IMG/VR virus record: IMGVR_UViG_3300046721_000269
Source: an uncultured virus (IMG/VR IMGVR_UViG_3300046721_000269)
Taxonomy: Duplodnaviria; Heunggongvirae; Uroviricota; Caudoviricetes
Length of the DNA stretch: 64,000 nt
Reading direction: 5' to 3' (one strand)
Part shown: one piece after another, positions 36,154-46,117 of the stretch
Layout of the letters: every line of letters begins with the position of its first letter
Numbering within the stretch: the stretch's first letter is position 1
Made by a program: the position numbers and the translations under genes
The notes under the pieces: generated by a model
What the model saw: only the letters and a program-made list of their open reading frames with translations
Told to the model about the DNA's origin: nothing
Databases searched by the model: none

Positions 36154-38528
36154 TCGACCTCAAGATCCTCGAGAAAAAAGGGATCACGGTCGACGCGCTT
36201 AGGACGAAGCTCGCCGGCAATCCCCTGACGTGGCAATACACGGACGGCCGTGTCGCGCTCTGGCAGCGAATCCGCTCCCGAATCCAGGAGGGGATGAACC
36301 GCAACTTCATGGATTACCGGATATACCACGCCCTGGACCTCGCGTGGGAAACTCCGTTTCGCCAGGTTAGCTCTACCCTGCTCGCTTACTTCATCGAGAA
36401 GGGGGACACGATGGACGACAAGGTAGCCGAAAAGGTTGCCGCCGACCTCGGCCTTACTCACATGCTCGAGCAGGAGCTCGACGTCAGGACCGGGAAACCA
36501 ACCGGCAAATCGACGTTCAACCTGCCGATGTTCTTCAACATTTTCGTTCCGTTGGTCCGCGCGTACGTAACCATCCGGTGGGCGCGTATCATGAATGACC
36601 GCCGGCTGAGCCCGTTCTTTGAGTATGTCCCGGTGAAGGCAACGGCGGTAAACCGGCTAAAGTGCGGCGCCATCACTGACCGGGTCCAGCTCATCAGTAA
36701 CCAGTACGGCTACTACGACGTGATGAAACAGGCCGTTCTGAAAATGTTGCACTACGGCTGGTGTTTGCAGTTCCCCAAAGAGTCCTGGCACTCAGAGACG
36801 CAGCTCAAGGGGGCTGATAGTGTCGACAAAGAAGCCGGCGAATCGGACGAGCTTGGCAAGGTGATTGAGTGGACCACGAGGGAGGGCCTCCGTTACCATC
36901 ACCCTCACCCTACCCGTATGTATAGCGACCTCAATCACGGGCGCTACACCTACAACTATGACTCGGGCTGCGAATTTGCCGGATACTGGATGATCCGGAG
37001 GTACCGCGATATCGCCCGGTCCGACTTCTGGAACAAGGAACAAATCTCAATCGGCCCTAACTCCCTGGTGGTCGATTATCGGACCTTCTTCGCGACCGTC
37101 TACTCCGCCTGCACGCTCAACATCCCGACAATTCCCGCGCCGAAAAACGACGGGAACACACTGCTTGCTCAGGTCGGCGCCGGGATTGGCGACATGGATC
37201 GGGAGAAGCAGCTCGCCTACCTCTACTACGGGACGGACCACTTTGACCAGGGATGCCTCACCGTTGAGCACTTTGAAAAGCTGGTCCCCAGTGAAAACGG
37301 CCTTGGAGACTACGATCATCCCGTCTGGTTCCGTTTCGTTGTCGGCGGTGATATCGCAACCTTCCTGTATGCCGAGCCCCTCCCCTACAATCCGGTGCTC
37401 TACCTGGGCTACGATGCCGACGAGTCGCGAACCAATAACGCGAGCCTGAGTCTCGAAATTCTTCCGTTCCAGGACCATTTCTCGAACGTCCTCACTCAGA
37501 TCGTGCTGACGGCCAAGCAGAACCTCGCCAACGTGACCTTTATCGACTCGGACCAGGTCCCCGAGGAGACGCGCAACATAATCGCCAACCTTGGCGAGAA
37601 ACTTTTCCGCAAATTGAACTTTGTGAAGTTCTCCGGCCGGGGCGCCGTGCGAGCTCAGAACAAGGTGCAAGAGGCGGTGATCAACCACGCGCTGCCCAAG
37701 GGCAACGTGGCTGAGCTTACCAATGTCCTGAAAACAATCCTGGACGTGCTTGAGCGCGTGCTGGTGATGAGCAGCCAAGAAGTTGCCCAATCCGCCAGCC
37801 ACGAGCAAACACGCGAGGAGGTCCGAAACATCGCGCAATCCACATCAACGAGGCTGCTCTTCACAAGCACACCGGTAGACATTTTCCGGGATGCATGGAA
37901 GCGGCAGCTTTATCAGGGGCTAATGGCCTACGGCGACGAGGATATTTACGCTCACATTGCGAGCGACCTGCCTCTCACCAAGGAGGCCCTCGAGAAGATG
38001 GGATTCACCTTTGCCGACGAGCACGATGATATGTCAGAGGGTTATTACCCTGGCATCCATCACCGCCGGATAAAGGTGAAGAAGCAAGCCACGGCGATCG
38101 AGCTATGGGAAATTGCCTCAACCCGTGATGGAGACGACCGGCCTAACGATGCTCAGACCGCCCAGGTTTTGGCGCAACTGGTTCAACCCCTCCTGGCCAA
38201 TCCAATGACGGCCCAAGCCATTGGTGCGGCACAGGCTATAGAGCTGGCCAACAAGATCGGTCAGCTCGCCGGCTTGGACAGGGACTTCAAGCTGAGGGAT
38301 ATGACCCCGCAAGGCGCCAATCCACAAGAGCAGCAGCAGGCCGCACAGGAGCAACTGCAGCAGGTTATTCAGGCTGTTCAGCAGGGAGGGCAACAACTCC
38401 AGGCGCTCGGCCAGCAGGTGGACAAGAACAGTCAGGACATAGCGACATTAGCCAAAACGCTGATGTCCGCACCGAATCCAGCAAATGATACACTTGGAGT
38501 ACCTGCCGTTGCCGGAGGCCCAAGCTAA
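36150..38528 (+). CDS. portal protein (P22/podovirus-like, inferred)
   Basis: 792 aa next to terL; P.QD..S..., QTREEV motif, Gln-rich coiled-coil C-terminus. Confidence 0.65.
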   Translation: MIDLKILEKKGITVDALRTKLAGNPLTWQYTDGRVALWQRIRSRIQEGMNRNFMDYRIYHALDLAWETPFRQVSSTLLAYFIEKGDTMDDKVAEKVAADLGLTHMLEQELDVRTGKPTGKSTFNLPMFFNIFVPLVRAYVTIRWARIMNDRRLSPFFEYVPVKATAVNRLKCGAITDRVQLISNQYGYYDVMKQAVLKMLHYGWCLQFPKESWHSETQLKGADSVDKEAGESDELGKVIEWTTREGLRYHHPHPTRMYSDLNHGRYTYNYDSGCEFAGYWMIRRYRDIARSDFWNKEQISIGPNSLVVDYRTFFATVYSACTLNIPTIPAPKNDGNTLLAQVGAGIGDMDREKQLAYLYYGTDHFDQGCLTVEHFEKLVPSENGLGDYDHPVWFRFVVGGDIATFLYAEPLPYNPVLYLGYDADESRTNNASLSLEILPFQDHFSNVLTQIVLTAKQNLANVTFIDSDQVPEETRNIIANLGEKLFRKLNFVKFSGRGAVRAQNKVQEAVINHALPKGNVAELTNVLKTILDVLERVLVMSSQEVAQSASHEQTREEVRNIAQSTSTRLLFTSTPVDIFRDAWKRQLYQGLMAYGDEDIYAHIASDLPLTKEALEKMGFTFADEHDDMSEGYYPGIHHRRIKVKKQATAIELWEIASTRDGDDRPNDAQTAQVLAQLVQPLLANPMTAQAIGAAQAIELANKIGQLAGLDRDFKLRDMTPQGANPQEQQQAAQEQLQQVIQAVQQGGQQLQALGQQVDKNSQDIATLAKTLMSAPNPANDTLGVPAVAGGPS

Positions 38529-38793
38529 GGCCGTCCGTGAGTGGTTAGCAAACCCCGCCTTCGCTACCTTCGTCGGCTGGTTATCAAACCAGGCCGCAAA
38601 GCACACCGCCGAGGCCGGCAACCTTTTGGTTGAAGGACGCGAGGATAATGAGCTCGAGGCCAAAAGAGTGGCAGATGAAGCCAGGAAGTTCAAAGCAGCT
38701 TGGGAAATAATGGTTCAGTTCACCGATCGGAGCTTTCAGCCTGATCACGTGAGGCTGATCCCCAAACCGGTAAACGTCAGCGAAAACACGTAA
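38485..38793 (+). CDS. small helical protein following portal
   Basis: 102 aa; position. Confidence 0.6.
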   Translation: MIHLEYLPLPEAQAKAVREWLANPAFATFVGWLSNQAAKHTAEAGNLLVEGREDNELEAKRVADEARKFKAAWEIMVQFTDRSFQPDHVRLIPKPVNVSENT

Positions 38794-38799
38794 AGCACC

Positions 38800-40317
38800 A
38801 TGGAAGTCACATTCACCGAAACGCCAAAGGCGAAGAAGGCCACACCACAAGCACCCCAAGCAGCTCCGGCAGCGCCAGCGGCCGCCGCTGAGCCTCAAGT
38901 CATCATCCCGACGCAAGAAGAGCTTCGGGAACGTGTTCTTGATACTTATACGACCATGGGATGGGGGGACGTACCGGAACACGCCGTTCCGCAGGTCAAA
39001 GAGGTTGCCCCGGCGGGGGAAACGCCCGCTGCAGCACCCCAGGCAGAGCCAGAGGCCCCGCCAGCGCCGGAGGAGCCGCAGGCAGAGCCTGAGCCAGAGC
39101 TTTCACCGCGGGAACTCATCGAGGCGTCCGCCGACGCTACCGCGCGCGCCGTTGCCCGAGCACTGAAACCGGCGGAGCCCCAAACGACTGAGCCAAAGCG
39201 GGATGATTTCCAGCTCGAACCGGACGACCAACATGACCTGCAGGCCATTCGCTACCTCGAGCAGGGCAATCCGAAGAAGTATGCCGGCCTGACAGACCGA
39301 TACCTCGCCTACGTCAAAGCGCACTACGCCTATGTCGACGGGTGGAAAGAGAAGAACCCGGACAAGGAATTCGACCCCCAGGAGGAAGAGCACCAGCAAT
39401 GGTATGCGGCTAACATGCCGGAAATAGATGAAAGGATGCTCGAGCAGGCTCACACTGACATGGCGGTCGAAGCCAAGGTTCAGGAGCGGCTCGCCCCAAT
39501 CGAACAGGAGCGCGCACAGGCCAAGAAAGAGCGAGCGCTCGAGGAGGCCGGCCCGCGCATCATCGACCAGATGGACCGTAAGATCTACTCAATGGTCGAA
39601 CAGGCTGACCCGGAACTTGCTAAATTGCTCAAAGGCGAAAACGGGGTGTTACTCGTGCGGGATGCTGAGGCCCTGGGCAAAGTCGACGAGGCAAACCCCA
39701 TCGCTAAGGAAATCCTGGTGGATGTCGTCCAGAATCAGCTCGAGCCCCTTCTGTTCGAACTCGAAAAAACGACGGTCCCCGAATATGGGTATCAGCTCGA
39801 CCCGAAGAAGAACGCGGCCCATGAAGCGATCGCCAAGTTCGTGGCGCAGAAAGAGCGCGACCTGGCGGCAATGCCTGCAGCTCAGCGGATCCTCAACGGC
39901 AAGCGGTGGATGTCCCTGAGCGAGTACGCCGAGGCCAAGAACGATATCCAGGAGGACAAAGCCCTGAGCCAGTCTCAGAAGCGTGCTCAGGTCGAAGCCC
40001 TCGATCGCCGGGTTTGGACCATCACAGCCGACCAGGTTGAGGACCTCATGTGCGACTTCTACGCCAAAAAAGCGAAGTCCCTTATCGCCAAACAGGAGGC
40101 TTTAGCGCAACGGCGCTTCAAAGTGGCTCCTTCCAATGGCGCTAAGCCCGCCGCTCAACCCGCAGCGCAACCCGCCGCAAGGCCCGCAGCCGCCGGAGGA
40201 AAACCGCGATCGCCGTCCCTGGGCGGTCAGGCTGATGTTGTGTCCAACACGCCAGGAGGCGGGGCAGGGTCGAAAACCTTCGGTCAGGAAGCTACTGACA
40301 CCATGTTTGGGAGATGA
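38800..40317 (+). CDS. capsid scaffolding protein (inferred)
   Basis: acidic Pro/Ala/Glu-rich, helical, between portal and capsid candidate. Confidence 0.6.
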   Translation: MEVTFTETPKAKKATPQAPQAAPAAPAAAAEPQVIIPTQEELRERVLDTYTTMGWGDVPEHAVPQVKEVAPAGETPAAAPQAEPEAPPAPEEPQAEPEPELSPRELIEASADATARAVARALKPAEPQTTEPKRDDFQLEPDDQHDLQAIRYLEQGNPKKYAGLTDRYLAYVKAHYAYVDGWKEKNPDKEFDPQEEEHQQWYAANMPEIDERMLEQAHTDMAVEAKVQERLAPIEQERAQAKKERALEEAGPRIIDQMDRKIYSMVEQADPELAKLLKGENGVLLVRDAEALGKVDEANPIAKEILVDVVQNQLEPLLFELEKTTVPEYGYQLDPKKNAAHEAIAKFVAQKERDLAAMPAAQRILNGKRWMSLSEYAEAKNDIQEDKALSQSQKRAQVEALDRRVWTITADQVEDLMCDFYAKKAKSLIAKQEALAQRRFKVAPSNGAKPAAQPAAQPAARPAAAGGKPRSPSLGGQADVVSNTPGGGAGSKTFGQEATDTMFGR

Positions 40318-40367
40318 TCGCCTCCGTGCGACGGGCGTGTAGCTAGACCGCCCCGAGCCGGAAAGCG

Positions 40368-42212
40368 ATGAACAAACGACGTTGGTATGGACTACTGCTC
40401 CTTGTAGTAGTCGCCTTTGTCCTCAGTCCTATCTGGACACTCAGCGCCCTTGCTGCTCTTCCGCTCTTGGCGGTAACGAGCACAAGTCGGCGTTTTCAGG
40501 ACACTCCCTGTACCGTCGTGGTTTCGAATAACTTCGATACCCACGGCACAATTACGCGGGCGAGTGTAGCTAACCTCACACCTACGGACCTGGAAAACCT
40601 GTTCCGCCCAAACGGGCTATTTGCCGACATGGACTCCTGGTTCCGAACGGCCTTCGAAATGAAGGCGTGCGGGATCAAGGTCAACGGCATGTATGACTGG
40701 GTAATGTCCAGTCAGCGGAATATGGGCTCCCTCCTCTCTTACGAGAAGGTCGACAAGGGGCCGAACCTGCTCAAACCCTTCATCCTGGGGCGCCAGGACT
40801 CGGTTATTAACAAGGAGTTTTGGGCTGTCTCCGGCGGTCAGGCCAAAAGCGCCTACACCGCTACGGTTACTGGTCCCCTCACCACGGACGATCTTGCCCT
40901 GGGTGCTGCAAACGACCGCGTAGTCCGCGTTGTCAGCCGTTACGGCATCGACCTTGATGCCAAGTGGTTTGCCGACAAGGACCGGGTCAATATCTTCGGG
41001 CGAATTGGCGGTCAGACGGTGATCGGTCAATGGCGCGTGCTGGCGGCTGAAGTGGCTTCCGATTTCAGCTATGCTGACGTGCTGCTGACTTCCGAGAATG
41101 CCGGCTCGACCATGGCCTACGACCCGACGCCGACCTCAGGCGTATTGCTCCTCGGTGCAAACAACGTCAACGACTACGAGTCCTGGTGTCACAACCGGCC
41201 AACTTTGGACCCAAGAAAGCGCGTGCCCTATTGGTTCCAAACGATTCGACGTGGCCGACGGGTGGACTCGGAATACAAGAAGGTTTTCGCTCGGCTCATG
41301 GAGTCGAACGAGTACTTCCGTCAGTTTGGCGACCTGGACCTTGCCGAGCGCAACCGCCAGGACGAAGAGAATTGGCAGCGGAGTTGGTTGAACACGTTCT
41401 TCTACGGTAAGAAGATCAGCACCAACCAGACCCTTGCCAACTGGCAGAACCTCGAGCAAATCCTGACCGTCTCGGGCGGCAGTGTTGACCCTGGCACCGG
41501 TGGCAAAATCATTGCCTACCGCGCCAACATGGTCGGCGTGTTCGAGCAGCTCCTGGCCTGCGACCGCGTTCGCGACCTCCAAAATCAGAGCCTCAACTTC
41601 TACGAGTTGCTGAGCGAGATTTACCGGATCATGCGTGCTCGCAAGAGCCAAGGTAAGCCGGTCGACGTCATTGATATCTTCACGGACAATCAGACGGCGG
41701 CGGACTTCGAAACCGCAGTCATCAGCTACTACCGCAAGGAATACGGCGACATCGTCCGTATCAACATCGAAGAGGGCTCCAACGAGCTCGGCTTCTATTG
41801 GCGGAAGTACAAGGTGAAATACCCGGCTGGCCTGAGCATCGCCATTGTGACCCACGAGTTCTTTGACGATATCCTCAACGCCTTCATCACTGAGAATATC
41901 GACTCAGCGGGCCGCATGATGCTGATCCTGGATATCGGCAAGCCCGGTCCCAAGGGCGGGACGATCTACCCCGGCATGATTGCCACTAACCGAAAGGTGC
42001 GAACCCTCGGTGAGATTGAGCAGTTGGCCAGAATCGATCCTACGTTCGCCTGCACGATGGAAAACATCACGGAAGAAATTACGCTGATCAGCGAAACGTG
42101 CACCGCCATCGTTGAGTGCCCTGCCAACTCCGTTTGGATCATGGGCGTGGCGGCTGGACCTCCGACAACGGTGGGTCTGACGGCCAATCCGAGTTACCAG
42201 AACCTCTACTAA
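40368..42212 (+). CDS. major capsid protein candidate with N-terminal hydrophobic leader
   Basis: 614 aa after scaffold, followed by tandem terminators; identity from synteny only. Confidence 0.6.
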   Translation: MNKRRWYGLLLLVVVAFVLSPIWTLSALAALPLLAVTSTSRRFQDTPCTVVVSNNFDTHGTITRASVANLTPTDLENLFRPNGLFADMDSWFRTAFEMKACGIKVNGMYDWVMSSQRNMGSLLSYEKVDKGPNLLKPFILGRQDSVINKEFWAVSGGQAKSAYTATVTGPLTTDDLALGAANDRVVRVVSRYGIDLDAKWFADKDRVNIFGRIGGQTVIGQWRVLAAEVASDFSYADVLLTSENAGSTMAYDPTPTSGVLLLGANNVNDYESWCHNRPTLDPRKRVPYWFQTIRRGRRVDSEYKKVFARLMESNEYFRQFGDLDLAERNRQDEENWQRSWLNTFFYGKKISTNQTLANWQNLEQILTVSGGSVDPGTGGKIIAYRANMVGVFEQLLACDRVRDLQNQSLNFYELLSEIYRIMRARKSQGKPVDVIDIFTDNQTAADFETAVISYYRKEYGDIVRINIEEGSNELGFYWRKYKVKYPAGLSIAIVTHEFFDDILNAFITENIDSAGRMMLILDIGKPGPKGGTIYPGMIATNRKVRTLGEIEQLARIDPTFACTMENITEEITLISETCTAIVECPANSVWIMGVAAGPPTTVGLTANPSYQNLY

Positions 42213-42251
42213 GCAACGATAGTAGACGGGGCTGGTTTGCTGGAAACCATT

Positions 42252-42292
42252 GCGGGGCTGGCTTGATCTTGGGCCGGCCCCGCGCTATTTTT
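42252..42292 (+). terminator. intrinsic terminator 1
   Basis: gcggggctggc/gccggccccgc stem then tattttt. Confidence 0.6.
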
Positions 42293-42320
42293 GGCCCGTT
42301 CATTCGGTTTTGTTTTGGTT

Positions 42321-42355
42321 AGGCCTCCCGTATAGGAAAGCGGGAGGCCTTTTTT
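42321..42355 (+). terminator. intrinsic terminator 2
   Basis: aggcctcccg/cgggaggcct perfect stem then T run. Confidence 0.75.
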
Positions 42356-42394
42356 ACTTCCAATTCGAGCCCTCCGGCGGTAACAGTGGCGCCC

Positions 42395-42925
42395 ATGGCG
42401 AATAGATACTTCAAGAAACTGACCCCAGGCACGGCAGCGCACATCAATATCAACGGCACTGCCCTCGCAATCACCTTCGACACCCTGGACCACGTTCTTG
42501 GGTATTACCACAACCCCGACGAGGCCGTAACTAATGAGCTGCTCCGGCTCATCCGAGAGCAGAGGGGCGGGATCACCGAGATAAGCGAAGAGGAATACGT
42601 GCGTGATTACGCCGAAAAAAAAACGACGAAGCCGAGGTTGTTGAGTCCCTGGCGGGAGGAGTTATCAAGATCGGCGGGTCTGGGGCTCGTAAATCGCGAA
42701 ATAAGCGCGCAGGCTGGTGGGGACGCCCTGGATGCTCTCGCTGTTAAAGGTCGGAGCGATATCCTGCCTCGCCACGAAGTTCCGATTCGAATGGAGAGTC
42801 CTGCAAATGGGTCGGCACCCAAGGCAACGACGCCTGAAGGGTCCGCACCGGCTCCCGAGGAGTTCAAACCTAACCTAGGAAAGCGAAATGCCCCGCGCCC
42901 CAAGAACAAGCCGCCGGAGAAATGA
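42395..42925 (+). CDS. hypothetical late protein
   Basis: start MANRYFKK; TTCCAA-17-TAACAG promoter. Confidence 0.6.
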   Translation: MANRYFKKLTPGTAAHININGTALAITFDTLDHVLGYYHNPDEAVTNELLRLIREQRGGITEISEEEYVRDYAEKKTTKPRLLSPWREELSRSAGLGLVNREISAQAGGDALDALAVKGRSDILPRHEVPIRMESPANGSAPKATTPEGSAPAPEEFKPNLGKRNAPRPKNKPPEK

Positions 42926-43401
42926 AGGAAATCCAGCTCACCCAGGGCAAAGTAGCCATCGTAGACGATGAGGACTTTGAATTCCTCAGTAAGTGGAAGT
43001 GGCACGTGCTCAGGACGCGATGGGCACATGGAGAAATCTGGTACGCTCGACGGGGCCGAGGGGTGATGATGCACAAGGTAATAGCGGGAAGGATAGGGCT
43101 TCCGAATGTAGACCACGCGGACGGCGACGGCCTTCACAACTGGCGGTCCAACCTCCGGCCCTGCACCCGCAATCAGAACCAAGGCAACCGGAGAAAGCGC
43201 GCCCCCGGATCTAGCCGCTACAAGGGCGTAAGCTGGATACAGTCAAAACGTATTTTCAGGGCCGGCATTAGGCAAAACGGGAAGAGCATTCACCTGGGCC
43301 ACTTCAAGGACGAGCGGACGGCGGCACTTGCCTACGACTCGGAAGCCAGAAAGCGGTTTGGGGATTTCGCCCTTACCAACTTTCCAGGAGCGAACCAATG
43401 A
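42922..43401 (+). CDS. HNH homing endonuclease with AP2 domain
   Basis: MKEIQLTQGKVAIVDDED, VDHADGDGLHNWRSNLR, SRYKGV, LG.F.....AA.AYD...FG.FA..NF. Confidence 0.9.
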   Translation: MKEIQLTQGKVAIVDDEDFEFLSKWKWHVLRTRWAHGEIWYARRGRGVMMHKVIAGRIGLPNVDHADGDGLHNWRSNLRPCTRNQNQGNRRKRAPGSSRYKGVSWIQSKRIFRAGIRQNGKSIHLGHFKDERTAALAYDSEARKRFGDFALTNFPGANQ

Positions 43402-44984
43402 GCCGAGACAGGACAAAAACCGTCCTCCAACTAAAGACTGAAATCCGCAACCAGATTTGGGCCAGCGGTGAGCCTGAGAACCTGGTAACGGCACACGACG
43501 AGCATTTCCAGGAGGCATTCGCGGAAATTGCCAAGTGGGTCCCTCTGTGCGAACGGGACGACAACGTCGACGTCTTTCGCTTCAACAAGACTTTCTTCAA
43601 GAACGGAATGACGGTGTTTGAGGCCCCGCGCGGCATTATCCAGCGGGTATTCACCGTTGCCAACGAGGACTACACCGACCCGGTTTACATTCAGAACCGC
43701 TCCTGGCCCTGGCCGGAGTCTTGGGCTCGCAACCTTTACCTCTTCCCGCTGCCCGACATGACCAAGGCCGGCAAGCTGGCCGTTGGGTTCATGAATTCGG
43801 ACCCCAACAACGATAGCCTGTACGGCCGGTCCAGGACGGGGGTATGGGCGCAGTATCAGAAGAACCTCTATATTGCTCCCTGGATCCAAAGCAACGAGAT
43901 GGTGGTCGTTGAGTGGCGCGGGATTAAGCTGGCTTGGGAGGACCTCGACCTCATCAACCCGGAGCAGAACTATCGCAAAGCGGTCAAGCTGTACGTCCAA
44001 TACTGCCACGAGCGCGATTACGGGAGCCTGCAAGACTCTCAGGCCTACCACAACACGTCCAAGACCGGCAGCTTCGACGAGGCCCTCGCGGACCTCATCC
44101 ACGAGTGCAACGAGCGCCAGCAGGTTCGGAACGAGTATCCGCAGCAGTATGAGCGCAACCGGATCTGCTCGGAGATTGCCGATGACGCGCCGATTGTTGG
44201 CGTCACTAACCTTGTCCTGGCGCATTGCGGCAACATGACCCCGCCAGGGGAGAACATCGACGACGTTGGCCGGCTCATGCGCAACTGGGGACCGTACGCC
44301 GTGCTTGGGACCCGATTCATTGACGACGTAAACACCGACTACGACGCGACGGCCGGGGACCAGTTTCATGATTACATGGACCCCTACCCCGGTAACAAGG
44401 GCCCGGGGGCTGAGGACGGGAACGCTCTATGGCCCGCGCCATCCCAACAAGATTGGGATTTCGACAACCTCAGGACCTACGAGGGGTTCTTCCCGCTTGG
44501 AGGCAACCGGCGGTATTACTCGGTTGTGATTGGGGACGTCTCTTTGTTTTTCATCGATTCGGCAGTGAACGAGCCCGACGGGAACACGTCCGGCAGCACG
44601 CAAGGGGCATGGCTCCAGGCGCAGCTCGCCCTGGCGACCACATCCTGGAAGATCGTTGTCATGTATCACGCTCCATGGGGTTCACTCTACTCCGACGCGA
44701 ACCTGCAATGGCCGTTCAAGAGCTGGGGCGCCGACCTCGTGATATGCGGCCAGGCGTTGAATTATGAACGCCTGGATATCTCCGGCCTGCCGGTCATCAA
44801 TGACGGGCTCGGAGGACTCGAACCGGTTGAGCCGATCGGCATTTACGCCACGGCAAACACCAAAAGCACCTACGCCGCCAAACCAGGAGCGCTCCGGATA
44901 AACACCAAGGACAAGAGCCTTGTAGCGGAGTTTTGGACCAAGGACGGCGAACTGATAGACACGCTCGAGCTTTCAAAGCCGTGA
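43398..44984 (+). CDS. head-tail adaptor-like protein fused to a degenerate metallophosphoesterase domain
   Basis: N-terminal adaptor-like helices (positional); C-terminal YYS...V.LFFIDS, Q..WL..QLA, WKIV..YH, WPF..WGAD.V..G...YER. Confidence 0.6.
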   Translation: MSRDRTKTVLQLKTEIRNQIWASGEPENLVTAHDEHFQEAFAEIAKWVPLCERDDNVDVFRFNKTFFKNGMTVFEAPRGIIQRVFTVANEDYTDPVYIQNRSWPWPESWARNLYLFPLPDMTKAGKLAVGFMNSDPNNDSLYGRSRTGVWAQYQKNLYIAPWIQSNEMVVVEWRGIKLAWEDLDLINPEQNYRKAVKLYVQYCHERDYGSLQDSQAYHNTSKTGSFDEALADLIHECNERQQVRNEYPQQYERNRICSEIADDAPIVGVTNLVLAHCGNMTPPGENIDDVGRLMRNWGPYAVLGTRFIDDVNTDYDATAGDQFHDYMDPYPGNKGPGAEDGNALWPAPSQQDWDFDNLRTYEGFFPLGGNRRYYSVVIGDVSLFFIDSAVNEPDGNTSGSTQGAWLQAQLALATTSWKIVVMYHAPWGSLYSDANLQWPFKSWGADLVICGQALNYERLDISGLPVINDGLGGLEPVEPIGIYATANTKSTYAAKPGALRINTKDKSLVAEFWTKDGELIDTLELSKP

Positions 44985-45400
44985 ACCTGCCAAACGTAAA
45001 CGCCAGTCCGGATCCCCTCGTCCTGCCGGCAGTGAAGGATAGCCGGAAGGTTGAGCCGGCGACTGTGAGTCCGGCGCCGGGACCCAAGTTCACGGTTGTC
45101 GTAACCCCGACGCTGCATCCTGGCGACCCGGTATGGGCGACTGAGGTTACGGTCACAAACAACGGTCCAGATACCTACGGGGCGACGGACTTTGTTCTTT
45201 GGGTGGGAGGGAGCCCATTCTTGACCGGAAGCGGTCCAACGCCAATCCCTCCTGGCACGTTCGCTCTCATAAACACGGTTACAGGGGGCACGTCTCCAGG
45301 CTTCGCGCCTGCGAGTGCCTTTATCAAAGTGCAGGGCGTAACCATTTGGACCGGGACCTGGCAGATGGGCTTCTTCTACGCGATCACAATCAACTTCTGA
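44981..45400 (+). CDS. beta-rich virion protein (hypothetical)
   Basis: GTG start overlapping previous stop. Confidence 0.55.
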   Translation: MNLPNVNASPDPLVLPAVKDSRKVEPATVSPAPGPKFTVVVTPTLHPGDPVWATEVTVTNNGPDTYGATDFVLWVGGSPFLTGSGPTPIPPGTFALINTVTGGTSPGFAPASAFIKVQGVTIWTGTWQMGFFYAITINF

Positions 45401-45448
45401 GAAAGCGCTCTCGACTTTCACCCCCCGACGGCGTAGAAGGGCGCCTAT

Positions 45449-46114
45449 ATGAGTCTGCCATTCACACCTAACGACGCCAAGGCACTGATACCTGACCCGA
45501 CGTCTACCCTTTGCGGGAACTTCCTCAATGCGCTGCTCAAGCTCCCGGTATTGTTCTACCAGTTCATCAATTACGCCTTTGACTCGAGCGGCAACCCGAG
45601 CAAGGCCGCTGTCAATCTCGCGCTTCCAACCGGCTCTTACATTTTCTCGGCTGTAGTTCTTCCGGAGGACGGCACGAAGCTGCTTTGCGATGGCCGGCAG
45701 ACGATACCGCAGGCAACTTATCCTGCCCTGTCTACGGCCCTGGGGACCATCTACGGTCCGGCGAGCGGCGGAAACTTCACCATTCCGGATTGTCGCGCGC
45801 GGTTCCCGGTTGGCGTTGGCAACTTTACCCACGCAGGTTCATGCGTGGCCGGCACCGCCGTCGGAGTGGACCAGGCGAGTTTAATCGTCACGAATCTCCC
45901 GTCTCACACTCATCCGGTTCATGCCCTCAAGGTTCAGCACGGGACGATCGATACGACAGTGTTCACGCCGGCTACGGGAGATTCAGCGCAGCAGGCCGAC
46001 GGGGCAACCCAACCGACTGGCACGGTCGGAGCGGGATCGGCCGGGAATGGTATCGGCACGCCGTTCGACATCATTCCGCCAGGGTTCCCTTGCTACGTGT
46101 ATATCGTTTGTTGA
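45449..46114 (+). CDS. tail fibre / tail-collar domain protein
   Basis: LLCDG.....TYPAL..ALGT.YG....FTIPD.R.RFPVG; NLPSHTH. Confidence 0.8.
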   Translation: MSLPFTPNDAKALIPDPTSTLCGNFLNALLKLPVLFYQFINYAFDSSGNPSKAAVNLALPTGSYIFSAVVLPEDGTKLLCDGRQTIPQATYPALSTALGTIYGPASGGNFTIPDCRARFPVGVGNFTHAGSCVAGTAVGVDQASLIVTNLPSHTHPVHALKVQHGTIDTTVFTPATGDSAQQADGATQPTGTVGAGSAGNGIGTPFDIIPPGFPCYVYIVC

Positions 46115-46117
46115 GCC

